A stretch of DNA of 64,000 bases from Tubulanus polymorphus (GCF_964204645.1 NC_134027.1:10076485-10140484); one strand, 5' to 3'. Positions 11,520-26,600 are shown, numbered from the stretch's first letter. The notes: generated from the letters alone by a model not told the origin. Numbers and translations are program-made.

Positions 11520-14455
11520 TCTTAACCATATGGAGGAAAAAATGAGAGTATGAGTTACAATTAGTTACCAGTACGAAAACAGACAATAGAAGCATTTCAA
11601 AAATTACAAACCTTATTTACAACACACACTACATTTATTTGTGACAATACATATGGAGGGATACACCATTCATCAAAGAGAATTTGCCTTCGGAAATTTA
11701 CAAATTTATTTATTTATACTCCAACCCTTTTCATGGTACATAGGCGGAAAATGCATGAAAGAATTTACAAATATTTACAGAAAAATAACACTTTTAAAAC
11801 ATAACAGTTATTAACAGTATACACATATATATACACGTACATGCACAAAATAATTATTTACATCGATTACGATTACGATTTATTTACACTCCAACCATTT
11901 CCATGGTATATGGAGGAAAACTATTACACATGTATATACAAATATTTACAAAACAACACTAAAGTGATTAAAATTTAGAGAATGAAAACGTAACGAAATA
12001 TATATATATACATCAACTATTTACAATACTATATATACTATTATATACATCAACTATTTACAATACTATATATACTATTGGAGGGATCTATATACATCTA
12101 AGCCGGTCTTAATGAATTTAGCTAAGTTGACCGTTGGGTTTTTCAGAATATCAAGGGTATTAAAGGTATTCAAATTCAAAAAGTTTTTGCGTTGTTCGTT
12201 AAGTAAGGTACAGTCAAACAGAATATGGGATTCGTCACCTAAAGTATTACAAGTGGGGCATATTCTATCGGCTCTGTCTAAATGAAGGTTTGAAAATTTG
12301 TTCACAGGTAAAATATAGGACCCGACCCTAAATTCAAATAAACTAGTTCCTAAGTCATCACCAAGTTCTATTATATACTTCTCTAACCTAATATCATTTT
12401 TATATTGCCTAAAGTTAGTGTATATCGGATTAGTATTTATGGCAGATACAGTTTCTTGAAGGTGCTGGTCACGGAGTATCTGTTTTATTCGTTTTGAAAA
12501 AGATTTACTGTTAGTCATGAATTGCTGCGTCCAAATGCAGGACAAACCACAGTCATCAAACGTTTTCTTTATATATGATAACCAAGGGCTCATAAATTTA
12601 TCCCTTAAAAATAAATTGAAAGATATTTTATAGAGTATTGAATTAAGTTTGGTTTGCTTTCCAGATACTGTTTTCACCCAAAAGTTAATCATCCTGCGTC
12701 TAACATCTATATTCATAGGGTAACGTCCTAGCTCTGATAAAACTTGTAAGTTGCGAGAATATTTCGTCACTTTCATTAAGATTTTACAGAAGAAGCAATG
12801 AATATTTTCTAATAAATCAAGATTTTCATATCCCCAGATCTCACACCCATACATGGCTATTGGAGCAACACACGTATCAAATAATTTAAACATAACATCT
12901 ATGGGCAATTTCAAACGTCTGCCTTTTTGAACGATCGAAAACATAGCTCTGATAGCTTTATCGTAAAGATACTTTTTTGCCTTAGCAAAGTTACCATTCC
13001 AATTGAATTTTACTCCGAGATAAACATAATCTTCAACTACCTCTAACTCTTGATCACCAAACATAAATTTCGAAATCGTTTTTATCCGGGATTTACTTCG
13101 CGCAAATACTAGTACTTTAGTTTTCTCTGAGTTAACAGTGAGACCATTAGCGGCGCAATATTCAAATAAGGTATCTAAGTGTAGCTGAAGAGATTTCTCA
13201 TCCTCAGCAAGAATAACTGTATCATCTGCGTATAGTATTATGAATAAATTCAGTAAAGTATCAATATCCTGATCACGATTCAAATTTAGTTTTTCTATAA
13301 ATGACAAAGTCGGTTTTCCACGATCAATGAAAAATTCTACAATGTCGTTTAAGAATAACGAAAAGAGGATAGGTGAGAGATTTTCGCCTTGTCTTAAGCC
13401 TCTATCAGCTGCAAAGTATTGTGACGTGCAACCATTTAATTCAACACATGATTTTATGGAGTTATACATATTTTTGACCACATTGAAAAAGTTTCCATTA
13501 ACACTGTTAGCAATTAATTTTCGCCATAACTTTACCCTACAAATCGAGTCGAAAGCTTTCTTAAATCAACAAAGGCGCAAAAAAGTCTTCTTCCCTGACA
13601 AAGATACAGCTCTACGATTGTTTTAAGCGTGTAAATATGATCAATGGTGGAATATTTCGATCTAAAGCCAGCCTGGGCTTCACTTATAATGTGATTCGTA
13701 TCTAGAAATGTTGACAATCTTTGATTTAGGATACTTGTAAATAATTTACCAAGACAGCTAACTAAGGTAATACCTCTATAATTATCAGGATTAGAGGGAT
13801 CGCCATTCTTTTTGAAAATGGGTTTGATGACGCCTATAGACCACATCTCTGGAACATATCCTGTTTTAAGAACTAAATTGAATAATTTTTGTAATATATC
13901 AACTAAAAACGGATACTGACTAACTCCCAACAGCTCATTCGTGATTCCATCAATGCCTGGGGCCTTATTGTTTTTGAGTAAAGAGATAGCCTTAATTACC
14001 TCATCACTGGTTATATCACTGTTCAAAATATAATTGTCATAGACAGGATGGTCACCCACGTCTGGGGGCTCATCACCGTCATCGGTTTCATTGTTAACAT
14101 TATTCAAATCATTTAATCTCATAAAATGTTCAAGAAAAATATCAATATCTATATTAGCCTCATTATTTTTTGTTCCGCTCGCAGAGTTTAGCATCGACCA
14201 ATACTTTTTTGGGTTATTAATTTCGCATTCTCTCAATTCCTTAATAAATTCATCCTTTTGTTTCTTCTTATTTTCTCGGATGACCTTTTTATAGTTTTTA
14301 GACGAGTTCTTAAGGGATTCAAAATTGGAAAGAGTAGGGCAACCCCTATATCTTTTTTTCATATAATTATATTTCTTCTGTGCATCTCTACAGTCCCTGC
14401 CAAACCATCTGTTGCGGACCGGTTTTTTGCAGTTATTACTTTTCCTACATTTGGC
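11520..14455 (-). mobile_element. 5'-truncated non-LTR retrotransposon (LINE; RTE-X or CR1/L2-group-like, clade not firmly assigned)
   Basis: RT motifs KAPGIDGI, PIFKK.GD.S.P.NYRGITL, QAGFR, FVDL, GLRQG.NLSP.LF, LYADD, YVYLGV; C-terminal ELGRYP and C..C...DE.H....C. No endonuclease domain. AT-rich 3' UTR with stem-loop, AATAAA and a short tandem tail. The lower boundary is approximate. Confidence 0.9.
12075..14455 (-). pseudogene. LINE ORF2 reverse transcriptase, 5' truncated, with one 1-nt frameshift near 13557
   Basis: ORFs 14470-13532 and 13481-12075 join if one base is restored in AGA AA(n) GCT TTC GAC, giving FVDLRKAFDSICRVKLW. Confidence 0.88.
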
Positions 14456-14636
14456 AAAGAAGTGCGACATCTAGCGGAAAACTATTGAACTATTGGAAGG
14501 CATTACTACGTTGTCTCACAGTTCGACGTACGCCGGAGTCGAGAGGAGGGAATCATGAATGGAAATTGACTATTTTAATCGATCTATGGATATTATTTAC
14601 TATCGAATTATGTAATTAACGATAAGGATAATTACT

Positions 14637-17600
14637 ATGTCTGCTGCTAATCATGCCGCTTATGGCGAATCGATGAAAGTAAGTAAATGTCGCTGTGATT
14701 AAATAAGTCGAGGTTCGAAATTTTAATTGCCAAAATTCAATCGGCAAAATCAATCAAGGAATTTTATTCCGGCTTTTCTTTCCAGGTATTATAAACTGCG
14801 TGGGGACTTTTTAGAATTTGACAGGCGCGTTGGAAGCAATTTTTGATTGCTGCAACCAAACACCGATTTTGGACAGTTTCTAAATTATTACTTAATTTCT
14901 TCAAAAAACGTATTCAAAGAAAAAAAAACGTCATTCAGTAAATTATTGCCGCAGCTTTTGCCGCTGCAGTGGCTGCACTGCCAACGCCACTGTTTGATTA
15001 TTTAATGGGAATCAGCTGGAATCGGAATATTTCACCCAGTTCCATGTGGCCCAGTTCTACTAAATTATAGGCCCGTACTCAAGAGGCCCGGGGTTGGCCT
15101 ATAATATTTGGTGCGAACGCACGTCCCCAAAAAAGGTTCCACTATTTTTTGTCTAAAAAAATTTTATTAGATTAATTACGCATTAGTGTTTCAGTGACTT
15201 ATTAGGCTATATGAAATATTCACTTAAAATTTTCTTGGGGGAGGGCCCAAACCATTGCTGGCTCTGCTATTAAGTTCCACCATATCTAAACTTGCACCCA
15301 CCCAAAATAGAGTCTGCGTATGGGTCTGCTACATGATGATAGGAACGTTATGGGCTAGTCATGTGATAGTGCCAGTTTGAGTTGGGCCTATAAAGATAAG
15401 GAATAAAAATTTTAAGACATTGATTGATTCCAAGGCACATAATGGCGAATCTAATTTATGGCACTTTGGTGAGATTTTAACTTTGCGCTTGAGTGCAATA
15501 TTAGGCCTAACTGGGGGGTAGGGACGGAGGAGGGGGAGGGTAGGTCTACCGGTACGTTAACTTTTTTCTACACAGGCTCGATATTAAAGCCTACATCAGG
15601 CCTATCAGATTTCAGCCTTTGACCCCTGCGGCGCTGGTCCTGGATCAACTCAATGCCAAATACCTTGGGCTCAGTTTGAATTTAATAGTATAGGCTTATG
15701 GTACTACTCTTAATCAACAAAAATTTTTCAAAACCTAGAGGGTTGGGCGGATCAGGGAGGTCCCACCTACCTGGGCGGATGAAGCATTTCGACCCTGCTG
15801 ATACTAGAAATGTGGCACTGGTGTAAATGTCATGGCATGCCCGATCATGGCTTACTGTGGCATTAGTTTACAATTAGTTAGCCTACAGGGAGTCTGTTAT
15901 GACAAACAACTAATTTAGTTCTAATGCCAGTGTCAGCAGGAGCTGGATTAACTCAGGACATAGGGTCTACCTACGTTACATTAGGCTTTGGACCTATTAA
16001 GTTGTATTTCACAAGACTGAATGTTATGAATCTAGTAAGCCAGTTGATGGTTAGGATTTGACTTTCAGATTGAACTCTGAATTGAACTACCTACTAGGCC
16101 AGTAGCCTCAAAAATTGAATCCTCATATAACTTTGTTGTTGAGTGATTAATTGATAATGTCTACTCAAAAATGTCATTTTGAGATTTTTATTTTGTTCTC
16201 AATAGGATGTTTATTTCATTCCTACAAATTGTGATTATGATTTCTTCTTCGATTTTAGGCAACTATTATATCAGGCGAACTTGAACGCGGGCGGCCATGT
16301 CTTAAATGTGGAGATCAGTGCCCGGGTTTTGCTCTACACTATTGGAGGTAAGATTCCGCGCATGTAGGTCTGGAAATAAATTTTGCCACTGATAAGTCAA
16401 CTATTGGCCACTTTGTTGTGTATTGATCTGGTTAAGCTGGTTGTCTTTGTATTTTGAATAGAGTGAGGAGTTTTTTAATGAGAAGACTAGAGGTCTTTTA
16501 CCTGGTAAAAAAGTTTTACTAGGTAGAAGACCTCTAGGCTTCTCATTTTCAGCATTTCAATAACGCCGAAAAGCCTAAAGCTTCTAAATACGGAGCTTAG
16601 AATATTTGTCAATTGAAATGAGACATTTCAGACGCTCTCCAGACTGATAGGAGGCCTAAAGACCATTTTCGAATTTGTGTGATACTTTTTTTTTTCATTT
16701 CTAGAACTATTTATATGCCCCTACTGATAGCGTGAAGTAGTCATTTGTAATTCAAATAGGTTAGAGTTGTAGAGTATGAATTGCTAATATCGGAGTTCTT
16801 TGAATGCTGACTATATGCTATTACTACGAAGCCCTTCTATAAGGTTTTTTTTCGAGAGTTGGCAATGAATTTTTGAAAAGTTTTCGATCAATTTCATTTT
16901 CTACAAACATATTAGCGTATTTGTCTGACGATTATATAATAAATTAGTCAGTAGAATTTAATAATCAATAACTGCTAAATATATACTAACAATTATGATT
17001 GGCTAACGCGTATGTATACATGTTCATTACTGCGTAAACCGTGAAGCATAATTTGATTATAAACAGTCGTTTGGGGTAACGAGAGGTGATGATATTTGTA
17101 TATTTGGCGGATTAATGACCGAACAAATAATCAAATTTGATTAAAATCCTAACCCATCGCTGGCTCTACCCCAGCCTTATCGATAATAACCGTGAATACA
17201 CGTTCAGCCGAGGCCTGTTTATATATATTACCCGACAGTTCAACAACACAAGTGAAGTGGAAACATTAGGCGTGCTGTTCTCCAGGTTCTGGTTCTACCG
17301 CTGAGATCTTACAGGTGAATTCGCTCTCCTCGATGATCTCTGCTGCTCTCGTCTGTACTCGGTAAAAATAGAGCCGCTGCAATCGGCGAAACTGACATCA
17401 TCATCATCATCATCATCAAAGGCAAAATATAGTCGGGGCTAACATCGTATTTCGCCGGAGAGAGAGTTGGTTAGTTGTGGTGTTTAACCCGACAGAGTGG
17501 TTTATTGAAGCCTACATCGGTTGATCTGGCGCGCTGTGTTTCGCGGCCGGTGAACACCGATTTATCCGCCTTTAATCGGCGATAAAATACGTAATGCGTT

Positions 17601-20600
17601 CTCGTATCTCCTCTTCAGTTCGACATCAAACGAACCGTCAAATCTTAACTACTTCTGAATTTATATATATTTCTTTGCGCCTTTTTGCTCGTCGAGTTGA
17701 TAATAATTCCATGAAAGTGAATGAATTAGGTAATGAAAAATGGGTTTTTTCTCAGGTCTAACCTTTTGGTGAATCAGTTGTGGTGGATCACAATATCTGT
17801 AGTAAAATGATTAGAATAAAAGAGCTTTTTGGCCAGTAATCTTAGACTGAATACAAAGGGTGGTAGCAACCACCAGAAATATTTCTAATATTTTCATAAA
17901 CGTTTTACCTATCAATGCATTTATTGTGGGATCTTTCTCTCTAACCTTTTTGTGGTTAAGTAGACCATTCCTCTAATCGGTACCGTTAATGGGACCCCAA
18001 ATATTTTACTCGATTAACTGATGCTGCAATGAAAGATCGTGGTAATTTAAGGTTTTCTACAACGTATTCGTAAATTCAGCAACTTGAAAGTTATCGGCGT
18101 TGATTAAACAAGAAATAGTCTGTAAAGTACTTCCTACTAGAAAGTTTTTGGGTTGATGAAATTTGCTTGGGGAAGTATCAATCGAAGTTGAAATGACGTT
18201 TTGGCAGTAAATCGTCTACATTAAACTCGCTACGAAAGGGTTAAAATTCACCTGTTTCGAACGGTGATAATTGGTAACGTAGGGAGACTACGAAACAACT
18301 TCGGAAAATCACTTAATGATCTCGACGTATCTTATAGAACTGAACCGTATAGGAACTGGCAGTATAGGTTCTAGCCGTTTATCTGCTCGTATGTCAGTTA
18401 CTGGAGCTGATTATTCAACTGGTTTCTTGAGTTTCTTAAAGGTCCCTCTTGAGAGATTTTCAATCATTCATGCTTAAACTTCTTCCGATTTTTTTTTAGT
18501 CACCTTTTCATGACGAGCGGCTCTTAGCATTTTTCGTTAAGTTCATTAAATCGGGAATGCTTTCACTGAAGTTCGCATTCAAAGGGGTTTGAATTTACTG
18601 GGGGAGGTGGGGGGTTATTCTTTATTAGATCTGAACTGAAAAGTTCAAGTTGATTAAGATTCATGAAAATCCTTGGACAAGTTAGATGAAATTTGTATCC
18701 TGAGAGGATGCTGGAGAAGAATGAGGCTGGTGATAGCAGGGCATTGTAGTGTGAAATTCAGTAGTTCTTTTTCTGAAATATATTGGACTTGTGGCATTTT
18801 ATGCAATGACAGCTGGCCATGTGGCAGGCTTATTAATACATATTTGATGAGAGATCAAGCAAGTGCATTATCCAGATATCCGACTATATACCCCTACATT
18901 GGTACCTACCTGCCACCAGCTGGGCAGGTGAAATAGGATAACATGTTCCAGATGTCCTGCCATTCCCCCTAGTACTAGAAGAAGTAGAAGATCTATAAGT
19001 TAAAACTGACTGGACTAAGAATAGCGTGTTGACACAACCATTAATATTGTGTATTCTCAATCCCAGAAATAGATACATTATTGAACCTACTACAAAGTTT
19101 ACAATTAGGCCTTAGCTTTATGCAGATATTCCGATAGTGGAAAAAAAATATATCCCCATGTTGACTGAAAAAATTAAAATGTTAAAAATAGTTTATAACA
19201 AGATTTGAGTTTCAAGGACCTATTGCTGAAAATTATGTACTTTTCATAAAAGACTTAATATTACAAGTGTATCAATTGTATTAGATGCATAGTCAAAATC
19301 GGCTCAAATTTTTTTTTGATTTTGCCAAAATGAAATATTCATCGTAACAAATGTTCAGTGTTGAATACGCGTTAACATAAAGTCGGAAATATCAGAGGGT
19401 TAATTTCGCCAAGCGTAGTGGGTCTAATGGCTTTAGACACTTGACTGACTGTCGACTCTGACTTCTGATTGCTGGGGTTAGCTAATGAGTGTTGATATGT
19501 GAAAAAAAAGTCAATAAATGAGCAGGACATATCTGGGTTAATTAGTATGGAATCGATAGAATTTTTTTCTAGTTCAACTGCTCAACTTGACTGCCATTTT
19601 ATGGCCAGTTTTCAAAGAAATAGTTTTAATATGAGTAAGAGAATGAATATATATGGCTTTGTAACATCTCATTACACTACATATATATAATATATATTGT
19701 GATATTATAGCATGTAAAGGGTCTCAAAGGGGCGATAAGCTGCTGACTGTATTGAGAACTTGGTATTTTAGATTTCACCCATGGGTAAACTGTTGAAACC
19801 AGAATCCTGTTGCACACTTCTTAACGAAATGTTGTTTGCTAAAGGTCAAAATTTGATTATGGGCCTACAATGGAATGGAGGATCTATGGGATATTATGAA
19901 GGGGTGAATCTTGAAATAGGAATGGGCACTTAATTTGAAAAGGGCAGATTTGGCAATGCGAGGGCTGCAAGCGCTTACATTACTGGGGGTTCTGGTGGCC
20001 CTCCCACAGAAAATTTAGGACAAACAGGGGCTTTTCTTGATCTTATCAGGGCCAATTTGCATTTATTTTTAGTCTTTTTGAAATTTTCTTTTTGAAAAAT
20101 TTTTTCCTGTCTAGAGGGCACATTCGAGCGAAAGACCAACTATCTGCTAGTGAACCTGGCGGATCCTTGCTTGCCATATGTGGAATCCTCGATTGCCACA
20201 GTAGCACTGCGGGTACGCCATTGTAGGTGAAATGTTTCCTCGAAACAGCAATTAATTTCACTTGAACAATCGATTTCGTTTGATCTCATTTTTAAAATGA
20301 TTCAAACGGGATCCAGTTCCACAGTCTTGGGTTAGCGTTAACTCTGGGTTAATATAAGTTCATTTTCGATGAGTTAACTCCGAGTCAAATCTTAACTCAC
20401 GTCTGTGGAACTGGACCCAGAACGTTTGCCTATAGAGCGAATACTGTAGATTCCCGGAATATTAAGACGATGTTTTTGTTGTTCGACGATCCTTTATCTC
20501 GGGACGATGAAAACCTATACAATTTCCGCCTGTTCCGTTCCGCACAGTCAACCATCGGAAAAAAAGTCTTGTCGATTACAAAATAGTAGATCAGGTAGAA

Positions 20601-23600
20601 ATGGAATTCCGCAGGTTATCCGCCGGTGCTGTTTAGATTATGTAGGCTATGCGGAGCAGCCACACGGCAAAAATGTTAATCCACACGTGGAATAAAACAC
20701 AATCTCGTACTGCGAGTTTCTCCCGAGAGATTTCCTTGCCCGATGCGCGTTAGTTGTCCATCATTCTAGAAAACAAACCTGACTACTAACGTGACTATTT
20801 AATTTGTTAGGCCTACCTTTTGTAATGTAATTATGATGTAACAGGATATCCAGCTTTTTCGTAAATGATTGGTTCTCTGTTTCATTTAAACGATCTTCTA
20901 CAAACCTCGAGTTTCTTTATAGGACCGGTTTTACCTACATGTTATCACGAGGTTTTCTAGATGAATAAGCTGTCATTTTTTTTTGTTGCAGAGTATGTTA
21001 ATGACTATATTATGTGACTAATATGAAAAAGGTCCCTACAACTCCTTGTTTCCTTCATAAACATAAACTCCTTCTCAACGGAAAATGCTTTTTAAGGTAT
21101 TTGAAACTCCTTTAATTCGAGCGAAATGCCCAAAACTCCTTTAAAACTCCTTCAATTTTGAGAAATAGGCAATTAGAAATGTTTGTGTACAATAAATTAC
21201 GCCTAAATCGATACAGTTGGGATCAGGATTTGTTTTTATGTAGTAACATTTAGGCAGTAATGAAACTGAGTTTAGGTAGTGTATTACTTACAAAAGCACT
21301 GAATTAATGGTTCACCGAGATAAACAGCACTAATTTAGGAGTCTACTGTAATTTGGATATGAAAGCGATGCAGACACTTCCTAAAAATTTGAAATTTCTT
21401 CCCTTAAAACTCTTTATATCCAGGAAGAACTGATCTGTATAGGGACCCTGAAGTAGGAGATTAACCCTTTCACTGCTGACTAATTAATACCCTACAAAGC
21501 TGGAGATAATTTGAAAATTCTAAAAAATTCCACCCTAGTGTGTTGAACAACGGGAATACAACGGGTGTATCGTTAGTTGCTAGTATTTCACTATGTTTGA
21601 CACGTGCTGCCATTTTTCAAGAGAGATAATTACTAATTACATCAATACACCACAGTGCGGTGTACTAGCAAAATCTATCCCTGATTTGTACACTGCACTG
21701 CGGTGTAGATGCACTGAAAGGGTTTAGTCAAAATCCTAAAACAGTGGTCATATGCGCGTTTTTTCTGTTCTGTTTCCCGTCGTGTTGATGAGGGTAGTTA
21801 CTTATTCCCGGGCATCGCTATACCATAACTACTACGGCTGTGGTCGCGTTGACATGAGATTAATTTCTCATTATCCGTGGATGAACAAATAAAACATCTG
21901 TCAAACTTTTGACGTCTTAAATATTTCATTTTACAGTAATTAGCGTTACTCATCACTTGGCGAGCCTCGTAATGTAAAAGTTTGCCTCGTAATAATATCG
22001 ATGCGTGCAGCCAGTTTTTAAGGAAATTATGCATCACTTTAAAAGTCGGCAACTTTTATTGAAAAACGATACGCGACAAATTACCAAAAGCTCTCGTGTT
22101 ATCGCTATTGAAATATTCAATACCAGACAAATTCATTTTATTGAAATTTGTTCGAGTCTATCCGTTTTGACAGCGCAGTCCACTCGGCCAGTATAATGCA
22201 GCATGATGTCCTATTTGCGTAGCCACTTGAAAAATGTACGTCATTTTTGTTGGTTCATTTCGCTGAAAAATATGCTGCTGAATGAAACATTTTTTCAAAT
22301 TATCCATGGTATCGGCCCTTTTTTCCGTGTTTCTAGATGTCTAGTGTTTGTTTTCTCAATCTGCGCGGTAGAATTTTTAATGGAGTTGATATCATCATTC
22401 TCATTAAAAAGGATCCAGTTTTTTTAAAAATCGTAGTATAAAAGTGGTTGCACAGAAGTAATGCCTTTTAACCCATTATCACTCAGGAATATGCAGTGTC
22501 TATTAGTCAGAAAATTAAGGCGAAAAAATCATTTATTATGATAAAGAATAGTTCATTCTCAGTTGATTTTCATGTATTGCAAGTTCATGTCATTTTGAAG
22601 TAAATAGTCAAGGCTTTCATAAGATATGAGATTTGATGCGAGGTTGGCCACCAAAATCGTGACCTTCATCCCCCAAAATTTCATCTTGATTTACTTGGAT
22701 AGAACTGAGCGCTTGGTGCTGTCATGTTCATACCCCAAACACTTCGATTCCAAAGTAGGAAGATGGCGATTTCTGTACGGAATTCTGAAGTCTTGGGTAT
22801 CTAGTTTATCATGAGCTAACGGGTTTGAATCCCGCTCTAGCCGTTTTTGTATAGCAGAGGATGTCAAATCCGAGCGGCTTGAGGAGTAATAGGCAGGGCG
22901 GATACAGGCGGCTTGCGGGCTAATATGTAAGCCATCTTTAGGTCATCTTTACAACACATCAATACTATCAGAAGCAACTGGAGGCATCGGGCGACCTAAG
23001 GAGGGCGCACTGCAGGTAGTTCGGTATTTTGCTAGTAATATCGTGGTTAACCACGGCGTGACTGATCCTTACAAAACACTCACTTCTCTACCTCGTAATG
23101 TAGGTCTATTATAAATATCCGTCGCGATTGTAATGTGTGAATACACATTAATATAGTTGCTTTCACATTGTTGAGTATTAAAAATTTGTGTTTAAGGACC
23201 GCAATTATTCCTGATATTACCATATCTTATATATGGACTTAGATTTCATTATATCTGGGATGTAGGGTAAACAATATTACACATTTGTAAAAATTGTCGC
23301 CCCGAAAATAATTACATATCAATGGATGAATTGAGGTCAATAGTTGTTGTTCACTATATTAAGGAATGTTTGTCCGTTGAAAGGCCGGTCTATTGTAAAC
23401 AGTTACCGAAGTTCAACTAGAATGTTTAACATACACATTAATCATCTGATTAGATTCGATTTAAAACTATTATTTCGGCTTACGCCTCGCAATTGACTGT
23501 CATTTTCTCCTCTACGCTCTACTCGCGTTGGGGCCGCGTAGAAAACTTGTTCAAGTGAACTTGTTTGCTCGACTGGTGGCTTATTTTCTTTTCTCATATA

Positions 23601-26600
23601 AACCACGCGCGAGCTCAATATTTGTGTCACGCTGTCGTCGTACGTAACCGTTTTGCTGAAAACATTCTTTCTCGCTGACTGGGGATATTTTGCGTACACG
23701 TACATTCTTTCATGAATGAGTCGTTGTGGTGTCGCAAGACCGTGTGACGTACTTCGGAATCCATGGAAACAATATTTTTCTAACTTCCAAGTAAAACGAT
23801 GATTATGTGCTATCGAAACGGTCTTCCGCATGAATAAGAAATATGTGACGGAAATTCTGTTCTTGTGCTGTCTTATGCTGTCTGTGTATGTCTGTCCGAT
23901 GAAACTTGGGTACTATGTTAGTTTGGGAGTCTAGTTCAAAGAATGGGCCCAGTGCGCCACCTAGTAGCAGAACTAGGCGCTAAAAACTGTTTTTCACAGA
24001 GACATGACCTTGAAGATGACCTCATAACTGATGAACGGGGTCGATATTAAAAAAGTTGTCTCAGTCAAAATTTAGCTATCGGCCCTGAACTACAACATAT
24101 CCAAAATGCAATAGAGGAACTATTTTCCATAGTTTAAGTCCGACAACTGTTGTTGCCTTGGCTTGTACATGATTAGATGATATCGTCGCATTCATATCAG
24201 GGAACGGGTTCGCAGCTTGTTTTAGGGATTGTTTCAACTGTACTGTCACTCAGTTGTTGAGGACTGATCTCTGAATCGTTCCCAGCTGTAAGTGACCTAC
24301 GGTAAAAAAAACCTATCCCCATGTTGACTGTTCTAGGGCAGATGATCTACTTAAAAGGGGCAGTTATTTCAGTGATAGAATGTGGAATTGTGCGCAAAAG
24401 ACTTTGGTGTTTGTAGTTAAAATTTGGCATTGAAATTTGAAAAGAAGTTCAGATCCGAACGGATGATAGGGATTTCCTGTTCGTTTTGATTATTAACCAA
24501 GTCGTATTGGAGTCTTAAGCCGGTCGTGTTAGCGCAACAGATTTACGATGGTATATTATTAGTCACTGCGTCTAGAGAGACAGAGAGAGTCCATCGAAAT
24601 AAATCCGACGCAAACTTAATCAACATATAGAGATTCAATTTGTCATTCTCTGCTTAACGACAGTCGGCGATGTCACACTCGGCGAATTCTCGAATCGGCA
24701 TAAAATGAACGACCCCCGAGGACGCAGCTCTTCACAGATTCTAATATACGTACGTAAGTGCGTAAGCGCAGCACTTTCTTCGGGGTAATTAACCAGCTAA
24801 CTCCCGCGTCTGCGCCGCTGTCCGCGAGTCGGAAATTAAGAATTCCCTCGGTACCCGACAAGTGAATTGAATTGCATTCCATTTCCGAAAATGTCAATTG
24901 ACGCACCAAATATCGGACTGAATGACAACTAGATTTCAGACGGAAACCGAGTGCAAATTTCTCAGAAGTGTGATTCAATGATTTATTAAAAATGCGTCAA
25001 AAGTTTGTTCATTTTCTTTCCTCTTTCACAATTTCAAATTGTCAGTTTCCTTTTCTTCTACTTGATAAGGTTCTTATGCAATTTCTAGTCAGTTTTAGTG
25101 AGATCTTATTCCTAAGTGGTACCTCAATATCTAAGGAATGGAACAATCTCCACTTGTTGCTGGTATAGCTCCAGTTTGCAATAACCTTGGGAATAACGAG
25201 AGAATCTCTTGCTCCGATATGGAAATCCTGAAAGCCCAAAATCTCAATATGTGATTCAATTCTGTTTTAACTCTAATTTGCTTTTTGAGAAAAAAATTGC
25301 TAAATGAATACTTAAAGCCAGGCTCAGATCGACCTTACGACGCGACTCAACTGTGGGCGACTATCGTAGATTGCACTCAGATCGAATTCAGCGATAATCG
25401 GCGACCAGTTGCTATTGGTCGTAACGACTGGACGTGAGCGCGCTCACATCGCCACCAATACACCGAGTCCTGGGCTCCCAACGAGTAGATCACGTGACTC
25501 ATTCAAAGTTACGTGCACATATCTCCCAATAAAAATAACAATATGTATGCCATTTTTATTCCATAAACTCTCCATCTATTTAGCGGCATTATTGTCAGAG
25601 AAAAATTGAAATTTTAAGAGTGATTCAAATAATATTCATGATTTTAGGTTATTCATCAAAGGTTTTTTATTATCAACATGCAAAAATGTCGTGGAAAGTA
25701 TATGGAGGCTGTGTTTCTCTTCTCACAATAACAATGAGCTTTCCTTCATATTTGGCGGGCCATGAGGTCGCCATGTTCATTTTTGATCCGCCGCTTTGAT
25801 TGGCTGAAATTAGTTGTGGAGTCGGCAACTCATCGCAGAAACACGCACATCGACGACGACGAGTCGGCGACTGGTTCCGTCGCGTCGTAGAAGTAGAACA
25901 TGTTCAACTCCTGCGATTCAGTCGCCGATCGTGAAAAACTGTCGCACAACAGTCGTAGCTAGACTCAGATCGACTAGAATCGGCGACGAAAATCGTGCGA
26001 CGATTGGCGGTAGTCGCCGGAAAACCAGTCGCCGACCAGTTGAGTCGCGTCTTAAAATTTGCCCAATCAAAATCGAATTCGATGAAAATGCCATTCTTTA
26101 GTTATTACGCTGCCGATTTCGTTACAGCGCCATTTTTCAATTGGTTGATTGGTCGATTTCCGTGGTGTATAAATTACTCGAATACTGTAACTATTTAGTA
26201 GTGTTAGTCGTAGATTTGTTGGGAAACATCGAAATCCAAATGGACTGAATGCGGCATAATTCATAGATCACAGACATCTTGAGTATTGACGAAGACGATC
26301 TGTTGCATCACGTCTGTTGAGTTAATTTGCGTTGTAGAAAAATGTATCATTTTACCATCGCTCCTGTATGCCTGCGCGCTCTCTTCATTTTTGGTTTCAT
26401 GAAGTTTATTGAGTCACGTTTTTGTGTACGTTCTGTTAGTCACACTGACAGACGTATAGTAATATAACTTGAGGAGAGAGCTAACGCAATCATCATCATC
26501 AAGTGCGCAGATAGTTTGCTCGTTTTACCTAACGCTCTTTCTGCTCTCTCTCTTCCTTTCTCCCCCTTTCCCTCTCTCCCTCTCCCCTCTCTCTCCCTCT

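Noticed and set aside
14653-14676. ATG CCG CTT ATG (MPLM...) resembling the vertebrate PRICKLE1 start
   Set aside because: This frame stops before the donor; the ATG at 14637 is the one in phase with exon 2.
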